Positions 35,976 to 41,351 of a stretch of 41,351 bases of DNA are shown one piece after another. This stretch comes from a virus (taxonomy: Duplodnaviria; Heunggongvirae; Uroviricota; Caudoviricetes). The position numbers and the translations under genes were made by a program. Each line of letters begins with the position of its first letter. Within the stretch, counting starts at the first letter, position 1. The stretch covers positions 1 through 41,351 of the IMG/VR virus record IMGVR_UViG_3300031555_005503. One strand, given 5' to 3'. The notes under the pieces are model-generated. The model had not been told where the DNA came from and searched no databases. It saw only the letters and a program-made list of their open reading frames with translations.

Positions 35976-37247
35976 ATGGCAACCGTAGAAATAAAATGTG
36001 ATTCTGCCCCTAATTCAAAAACTTTTAAAAATTCTGCGTCCGTTCGTGTAACTTATACAACCTCTGGTGGGACTTTAAAAATCACTGAAATCGAAGGAAA
36101 AAGAACTGATGGTTATACTACTTATAACTACGACACCAGCTCTTGTACCGTAATTGTTGGCGGAGTGTCAAAAACCGTTTCAATCAATCAATCGATGTTT
36201 GGTCCTTCATGGAAAAAATGGGAAGCTACTGATACCACTTGGAGCGGTATTACTTATAGTTCGGTAAATATTACTGTTAAAATGCCTTCTGGAAGTTTAG
36301 CTCATAGTAGTTCGGAATTCAAAACAGATAGTGAAATACCAGTTCCTAAAAGCACTTATACAGTTTCATACAATGCTAATGGCGGAAGCGGAGCTCCGTC
36401 TAGCCAAACAAAGACATATGGAACTACTTTAACATTATCTAGCACTAAACCAACTAGAGCATCTGTAGTGGAAGAAAATACAACTACAACATATACTTTT
36501 AAAGGTTGGGGAACATCTGCATCTTCTAAAACAGCATCGTATCAGCCTGGTGGAAGTTATACAAAAAATGCCGATCTTTATTTATATGCAATATGGGAAT
36601 CCACTGCTACTACTAAATATTATATTAATTATGAAACTGGTACTGGGCTAATGATTCCATCGCAAGTAAAACCTTCCGGAAGTGGGATAGTTTTAACAAG
36701 CACTACGCCAGAAAAAAATGGATTTACTTTTCTTAGATGGAATACAAGTAATGATGGGAAAGGTACAAATTATAATTCAGGCGCATATTATTCTGCTAAT
36801 AGTAATGCTACATTATGGGCAATTTATAGTGCTTGGACACATACAGTTTCATATAATGCTAATGGCGGAAGCGGAGCTCCTTCAGGGTTTACTAAAACAG
36901 GTGGGTCAAGCGTTATATTATCAGAAACAGTTCCGACAAGAAGTGGATATGTTTTTAGATATTGGAATACAGCATCGAATGGCTCCGGTACTAAATATGA
37001 ACCTGGTGATGAATATATATATGAACAAAATGGTGGGACTGTAACATTATACGCTATTTGGGCATCTGAAAATATTTCAATTGGTATTTCTGATAAGAAG
37101 TGTAATGCTTTATATTTCGAAGAAGATTCTACTTTATTGGGATTTAAAGATAATTCAGCTGTTGTTGCGGGTGAATTTATAGAGGGATCGTCATCTGTTA
37201 AAATTCAGCCTGGAAAGATGAGTTTTTTTGAAATAATTGAAAAGTAA
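35976..37247 (+). CDS. InlB B-repeat (Listeria-Bacteroides repeat) containing surface/fibre protein
   Basis: Three repeats of Y.VSYNANGG...P..G..F..W.T...G..Y..G..Y....LYAIW. Confidence 0.8.
   Translation: MATVEIKCDSAPNSKTFKNSASVRVTYTTSGGTLKITEIEGKRTDGYTTYNYDTSSCTVIVGGVSKTVSINQSMFGPSWKKWEATDTTWSGITYSSVNITVKMPSGSLAHSSSEFKTDSEIPVPKSTYTVSYNANGGSGAPSSQTKTYGTTLTLSSTKPTRASVVEENTTTTYTFKGWGTSASSKTASYQPGGSYTKNADLYLYAIWESTATTKYYINYETGTGLMIPSQVKPSGSGIVLTSTTPEKNGFTFLRWNTSNDGKGTNYNSGAYYSANSNATLWAIYSAWTHTVSYNANGGSGAPSGFTKTGGSSVILSETVPTRSGYVFRYWNTASNGSGTKYEPGDEYIYEQNGGTVTLYAIWASENISIGISDKKCNALYFEEDSTLLGFKDNSAVVAGEFIEGSSSVKIQPGKMSFFEIIEK
36358..36880 (+). repeat. 40-bp direct repeat pair (36358-36397 and 36841-36880)
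   Basis: atacagtttcataYaatgctaatggcggaagcggagctcc, one mismatch, 483 bp apart and in frame. Confidence 0.9.
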
Positions 37248-37259
37248 AAATAAAGAGTG

Positions 37260-37301
37260 ATAAGGCAGATCATTTAAAGATCTGCCTTATTATATTTTTT
37301 T
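37260..37301 (+). terminator. Intrinsic terminator
   Basis: 12-bp perfect stem ATAAGGCAGATC/GATCTGCCTTAT followed by T-rich tail. Confidence 0.75.
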
Positions 37302-37320
37302 ATGTTAAAAGGAGTTTTAT

Positions 37321-38016
37321 ATGGCGCAATTAAAAAATACAACAATTGACGGCACGTTAAATGTTAGTGGGGCTGCATCTTTTGGAGATAAAGCAACAAC
37401 AAGACAAAATTTAAATTATATAGGTGCAAATCCTGTAACTTTAAATACTGACACTCCTGCAACATGGAGAGCATTAGGTATGGGTGTTGCATATATTCAA
37501 TCTAATGGAATTATAAATAACCAGCCATATCAATATGGTTTTATTGAAAATAGAGTAGCAGGAGAATTAATTTCTCAAACATGGACTTCTATGTCTGGAA
37601 ATGGCGAGACATATCATCGGGAAGGAAATGCAAGTGGTTGGTATTCAGGTAGCGCAGAATGGGTACAAGTTGTAGACAAAAATAATGCATTTAAAAAAAT
37701 TTGGGATGGAACATGGTTAAGTGATGGCAATGACATAGCTGAAACGCCAAATTATACTATGTTTTTAGTAGGATTAAAATCAAGTAGTGGAGAAGTACAA
37801 GGTACTCTTGTTCCGGTGTTTAAAAATGGAACGTTTATCAGAGGTATTGGTGGATATGTAAGCTCTACTACTACAGACTATACTTATCATTTTTCTGCAA
37901 ATTTATCTGGTAATTCTTGGACTTTAGTAAATGCTGATTATTTATGGCATGGAAGTGAAAGTAACCATGGGAAAAGAGTGTTATGTACTCCTACTATTAT
38001 TTATGGAGTAATTTAA
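37321..38016 (+). CDS. Fibre knob/tip-like protein
   Basis: AAGGAG SD; MAQLKNTTIDG start; PYQYGFI..SQTW..YHREGN..GW knob-like segment. Confidence 0.55.
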   Translation: MAQLKNTTIDGTLNVSGAASFGDKATTRQNLNYIGANPVTLNTDTPATWRALGMGVAYIQSNGIINNQPYQYGFIENRVAGELISQTWTSMSGNGETYHREGNASGWYSGSAEWVQVVDKNNAFKKIWDGTWLSDGNDIAETPNYTMFLVGLKSSSGEVQGTLVPVFKNGTFIRGIGGYVSSTTTDYTYHFSANLSGNSWTLVNADYLWHGSESNHGKRVLCTPTIIYGVI

Positions 38017-38028
38017 GGAGAATATGTG

Positions 38029-38298
38029 ATGATATTTATAAAGACAAATGATGATAAAAGAATTACTTGTGTAACAACTTATAGACCTAATATGGTGTGT
38101 TATGAAGATGAAATTGAATTAGAAAATCTTCCAAATGGGATAACATTAAATAATGTACATGATTATCTTTATATTGATGGAGAGTTTATTTATGATCCTG
38201 TTCCAGTTGTAACTATAGAAGAGCCGACAGTTTATGACAAATTAGAAGCACAAGTTTTATATACGGCAATGATGACTGATACTTTAATGGAGGATTAA
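38029..38298 (+). CDS. XkdW-like fibre chaperone
   Basis: AAGGAG SD (GTG 38026 also possible); ends LEAQVLYTAMMTDTLMED; precedes XkdX-like gene. Confidence 0.55.
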   Translation: MIFIKTNDDKRITCVTTYRPNMVCYEDEIELENLPNGITLNNVHDYLYIDGEFIYDPVPVVTIEEPTVYDKLEAQVLYTAMMTDTLMED

Positions 38299-38301
38299 AT
38301 T

Positions 38302-38424
38302 ATGAAAGATAAAATAGCAAAATTTTATAAATTTAAATTATGGACAAGAGATATGGTTGAAATTGCTGTTGAAAAAAATGTTATTACACGCGAAGAGGCT
38401 AATGAAATTTTAGGCATTGAATAA
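38302..38424 (+). CDS. XkdX-family small protein (40 aa), below ORF-track cutoff
   Basis: KIAKFY..KLWTRDMVEIAVEKNVITREEANEILG; GGAGG SD. Confidence 0.75.
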   Translation: MKDKIAKFYKFKLWTRDMVEIAVEKNVITREEANEILGIE

Positions 38425-38446
38425 TTACATATAAGGAGATGATGAT

Positions 38447-38896
38447 ATGCCAAATAAGGTACGTCAGGAATCTCAAGGTGTATATAATAAAACAGATACT
38501 AAGTATGATCCATTAAAAGTTGATGGCATACTTGGACCTCAGACAATCAAACTTACACAACAGCTTTTAGGTGTAAAACAAGATGGCTATATATCTAATC
38601 AGCCTATGCATATTAAATTTAATATTGATATGAATGCCACTACTTCATGTGTGTGGCAATTTGTTTATCTGCGTCATAAATATAAAGGCGGTTCGCCTAT
38701 GGTAACTATGTTGCAGAAATTAGTTGGCGCTAATGCTGACGGATATTTTAATAAAAATACAATAAATGCTATGCAAGCCTTTCTTCATGGGAAAGGCTTT
38801 TCTTGTGGGCCGGTAAACGGAATACTTGGCCCACGGACAGTTGAGGCATGGCAGCGCTATCTAAATTATAAATACGGAAAGGGGGAAGTAGAGTGA
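38447..38896 (+). CDS. Peptidoglycan-binding domain protein with no catalytic domain
   Basis: LKVDGILGPQT, LQKLVGANADG, VNGILGPRTVEAWQRYLN PGBD-type repeats. Confidence 0.75.
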   Translation: MPNKVRQESQGVYNKTDTKYDPLKVDGILGPQTIKLTQQLLGVKQDGYISNQPMHIKFNIDMNATTSCVWQFVYLRHKYKGGSPMVTMLQKLVGANADGYFNKNTINAMQAFLHGKGFSCGPVNGILGPRTVEAWQRYLNYKYGKGEVE

Positions 38897-39225
38897 GCAC
38901 GTCAGTTCTTATTGCAATACTTACCTCCAGCACTGTTATTGGCGGAATAGTAAGCTTAATACAGTTTTTTGTTATTCGCCATTACAATCAGAAAGATAAT
39001 AATCATAAAACACTTTCAGTGTTAGCTTACGATCTTTTAGCTACTAAGTTAGAAAGATGTTTAGATAAAGGATATGCTACCCCTGAACAACGCAGAGACG
39101 TTAAAGTTATTTATGACGCATATCATTCCAATGGTTGGAACGGCGATATGGATAGCAGAATGAAGAAATTTTACGATTTACCAATTAAACACCTTGATGA
39201 TGTCTATAAAGGAAATAATGAATAG
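38893..39225 (+). CDS. Putative holin-like membrane protein
   Basis: Single N-terminal hydrophobic helix; C-terminal YDAYHSNGWNG..M..LP; overlaps PG-binding gene. Confidence 0.5.
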   Translation: MSTSVLIAILTSSTVIGGIVSLIQFFVIRHYNQKDNNHKTLSVLAYDLLATKLERCLDKGYATPEQRRDVKVIYDAYHSNGWNGDMDSRMKKFYDLPIKHLDDVYKGNNE

Positions 39226-39256
39226 GGTTTGGGGCGACTCCCCTACCCTATTTTTC
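39222..39256 (+). terminator. Terminator-like hairpin
   Basis: TAGGGT..GGGG/CCCC..ACCCTA stem plus T5. Confidence 0.65.
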
Positions 39257-39268
39257 TAGGAGAAAAGT

Positions 39269-40282
39269 ATGAAAAAAATACAACCTATTACTCAAGAAGA
39301 ATGGGAAAAATGTAATGAGTTTAATAGGAATATAGTCGATGAATTTTTAAATAATTCGTTTCACTTATCTCCGCAGAGTAAGAAAGCGTATAAATCAAAC
39401 TTGATGATTTGGTTTAACTGGGTAAGAAAGAATTTAAATAATAAACCGCAATATGAAATTAAACCGCTTGAATATTTGCGATATCAAAGCTGGCTCTTAT
39501 CTATAGGCCATAGTTCATCAGATATTAGTAATAAACGAGCTGCAATTTCTTCTCTCTGTAATTATATGGAGATGTATTATATAGATCAATTTCCTAATTT
39601 CAGAACTTGTATTGCTAAGGGTATGAGTAAACCTGAGGCAAAATTTGTGCGTGAAAAAATTCCGCCTACAAAAGAAGAAATGGAGAAGTTGTTTACTGAA
39701 CTTGAGATGCGTGAAGAATGGCAAAAACTTGCTTATTTAAAATATACATATGATACAGGTTGTAGACGCGCAGAAAGTATTCAGTTATTAAAAGAAGTAG
39801 TTGATTATATGCCAATTGTCAAAGAAAAAGAAATTGAAGACGAGGATGGCAATAAGCATACTGTTGTAATTAAGTACTATCGTAGCAATAGTACTCGTTG
39901 TAAAGGGCGTGGCGAAACTGGCAAGATTCGTAAACTGGTATTCACTCAAGATACAATGGATGCAATAAATAAATGGCTGGAAGTCCGTGGAGATGACGAC
40001 TGCCCCTATGTATTCGTATCTGGTATTGGAAAAAATGTAAAGCAAATTAGCGATAGCGCACTTAATAAATGGGCGTCTGGTATATTCACTGAAATTCTTG
40101 GACGTCGTTTTCATCCGCATATATTGCGTGAAGCCAGAGCTACAACGGCGGTAGTTGAAGAAGGAAAATCTATTGAATCGGTTCAAAAACTTTTGGGTCA
40201 TCAAGATTCCAGCACAACGGTTAATCATTATATCATCAGAGATGAAACTGATGAAGAAATAGACGAATTATTTATAGACTAG
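39269..40282 (+). CDS. Tyrosine recombinase (phage integrase family)
   Basis: TGCRRAE (R), KGRG (K), HPHILR (HxxR), LGH and NHY (Y) all present. Confidence 0.92.
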   Translation: MKKIQPITQEEWEKCNEFNRNIVDEFLNNSFHLSPQSKKAYKSNLMIWFNWVRKNLNNKPQYEIKPLEYLRYQSWLLSIGHSSSDISNKRAAISSLCNYMEMYYIDQFPNFRTCIAKGMSKPEAKFVREKIPPTKEEMEKLFTELEMREEWQKLAYLKYTYDTGCRRAESIQLLKEVVDYMPIVKEKEIEDEDGNKHTVVIKYYRSNSTRCKGRGETGKIRKLVFTQDTMDAINKWLEVRGDDDCPYVFVSGIGKNVKQISDSALNKWASGIFTEILGRRFHPHILREARATTAVVEEGKSIESVQKLLGHQDSSTTVNHYIIRDETDEEIDELFID

Positions 40283-40306
40283 CTGATTTTTTCGGAAAGG
40301 ATTTTT

Positions 40307-40918
40307 ATGGAGATAATTATCCCTCAGAGCGTAGATAACTTATCGTTACCCGCTCCTGAACTCATTACATTTTATAAAAATTTAGAGAATAGAGTTATTT
40401 GGTTAGATTCAGAGGTGGACGACCTCTATTTAGAATATGCCAGATATATAATTGATTTTAACAGAGAAGATAAAGATATAGCTATAGAAGAACGTAAACC
40501 TATTAAGCTTATGATTATGTCTCCCGGCGGTTCATTAGCTATTAACAATGCTATGATTGACTTAATCAAAATGAGTAAAACACCGGTATACGGATATAAT
40601 ATGGGAACTGCAGATTCTGCCGCTTGCTTTATGTTTATGGCATGTCATAAAAGATTTGCAATGCCAAAAGCAAGTTTTCTGCTTCATAAAGGCTCTACCA
40701 CTAATATGTCTGGTACTTATGATCAGGTTGCTGCAGAAATGGATGAGTATGAACGCCTTATTAGTGAGTTAGCATTGTTCATTTTAGAACATAGTTCCAT
40801 TTCAGAAGAAACGTTAACTCAAAATCTTGGCGGTGAATGGTATGTAACAGCAAAGCAAGCATGCGAAGAGTATGGATTTGTAGATGAAATAGTAACTGAT
40901 ATTAATGTATTGCTGTAG
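40307..40918 (+). CDS. ClpP-like (S14) peptidase
   Basis: IMSPGGS, GTADSAA (Ser), FLLHKG (His), TAKQA..YGFVDEI. Confidence 0.85.
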   Translation: MEIIIPQSVDNLSLPAPELITFYKNLENRVIWLDSEVDDLYLEYARYIIDFNREDKDIAIEERKPIKLMIMSPGGSLAINNAMIDLIKMSKTPVYGYNMGTADSAACFMFMACHKRFAMPKASFLLHKGSTTNMSGTYDQVAAEMDEYERLISELALFILEHSSISEETLTQNLGGEWYVTAKQACEEYGFVDEIVTDINVLL

Positions 40919-40928
40919 GCGGTGGATT

Positions 40929-41351
40929 ATGGCGAAAGCAAAAAATAAAATAAGGGTGAATTTCTGTGGTGAAAATGCCAGAGAAGTTACCGGCTCTATG
41001 ACTCACATTGTTATGTCTAATCATGAAATATTGCTTGAGTGTGGCCTATATCAGTCCAACTCGCCAAGAGAAGATTACAAGGTTAATAGTCAGAAGTTTC
41101 CATTCAAAGTTCGCGACATTGATTATATATTTCTTAGTCATGCACATATCGATCATAGTGGCCTCATTCCTAAGCTTTATGCTCAAGGATGTAAAGCTAA
41201 AATAATTTGTGCAAAAGGAACTAAAGATTTATTTAAAGTGTTGGCGCTTGACTCTGCCTATATTATTAATCGCGATTGCGAATTTTTAAATAAGAAATAT
41301 AAGATGAAGGCATCCCCCTTTTATACTGAAGATGATGTTTATACGGCATTA
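40929..41351 (+). CDS. MBL-fold (beta-CASP-type) nuclease, 3' end beyond window
   Basis: Not in track. Translates MAKAKNKIRVNFCGENAREVTGS...LLECGLYQ...FLSHAHIDHSGLIPKL (HxHxDH); open to the window end. Confidence 0.88.
   Translation, partial: MAKAKNKIRVNFCGENAREVTGSMTHIVMSNHEILLECGLYQSNSPREDYKVNSQKFPFKVRDIDYIFLSHAHIDHSGLIPKLYAQGCKAKIICAKGTKDLFKVLALDSAYIINRDCEFLNKKYKMKASPFYTEDDVYTAL

Larger units (their letters stand above)
1..41351 (+). mobile_element. Bacteriophage genome segment (packaging, head, tail, fibre and lysis modules); free phage versus prophage cannot be determined
   Basis: Co-oriented terminase, portal, protease, capsid, tail and fibre genes; no host housekeeping operon or att site visible. 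Confidence 0.95.

Noticed and set aside
691-41205. Short nested or antisense ORFs in the track (all minus-strand ORFs; plus-strand ones such as 691..939, 3320..3652, 41008..41205)
   Set aside because: They are shadows of long, motif-bearing + strand genes, with biased composition and no RBS support
1-41351. Stop-codon reassignment (alternative genetic code)
   Set aside because: Genes are full length in code 11; TAG ends TerL, rusA, the recombinase and ClpP at natural boundaries, and TGA ends 26269 and 38447; no suppressor tRNA seen

Overview
AT-rich segment of a large tailed bacteriophage genome. Every credible gene is on the + strand. The host is probably a Bacillota/Clostridia species, and the gene order resembles the morphogenesis region of SPbeta-like phages. 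The window opens with four tRNAs (Asn, Thr, Glu, Asp). These are followed by packaging and head genes (putative TerS, TerL, portal, prohead protease-scaffold, decoration, major capsid), neck and tail-tube genes and a RusA-like resolvase. A ~24 kb accessory baseplate/fibre region (14.7-38.4 kb) comes next. The window ends with a peptidoglycan-binding protein, a holin-like protein, a tyrosine recombinase, a ClpP-like protease and the 5' part of an MBL/beta-CASP nuclease. No tape measure or sheath gene is visible. The fibre region is the most unusual part. (1) Its proteins carry short recurring N- and C-terminal tags that pair up by gene order, suggesting a docking code that chains modules into a branched appendage (inference). 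(2) Two proteins contain CotH-like atypical kinase domains with catalytic motifs retained; one shares a 40-aa anchor with an SGNH esterase. (3) The 27.8-32.0 kb cassette has two start-region lesions: a +1 frameshift in an A7 tract and an ATA at the homologous Met position. The late region is also punctuated by about 15 terminator-like hairpins, five of which share a 3'-arm motif. Product names come from motif recognition and synteny only; no database search was run.
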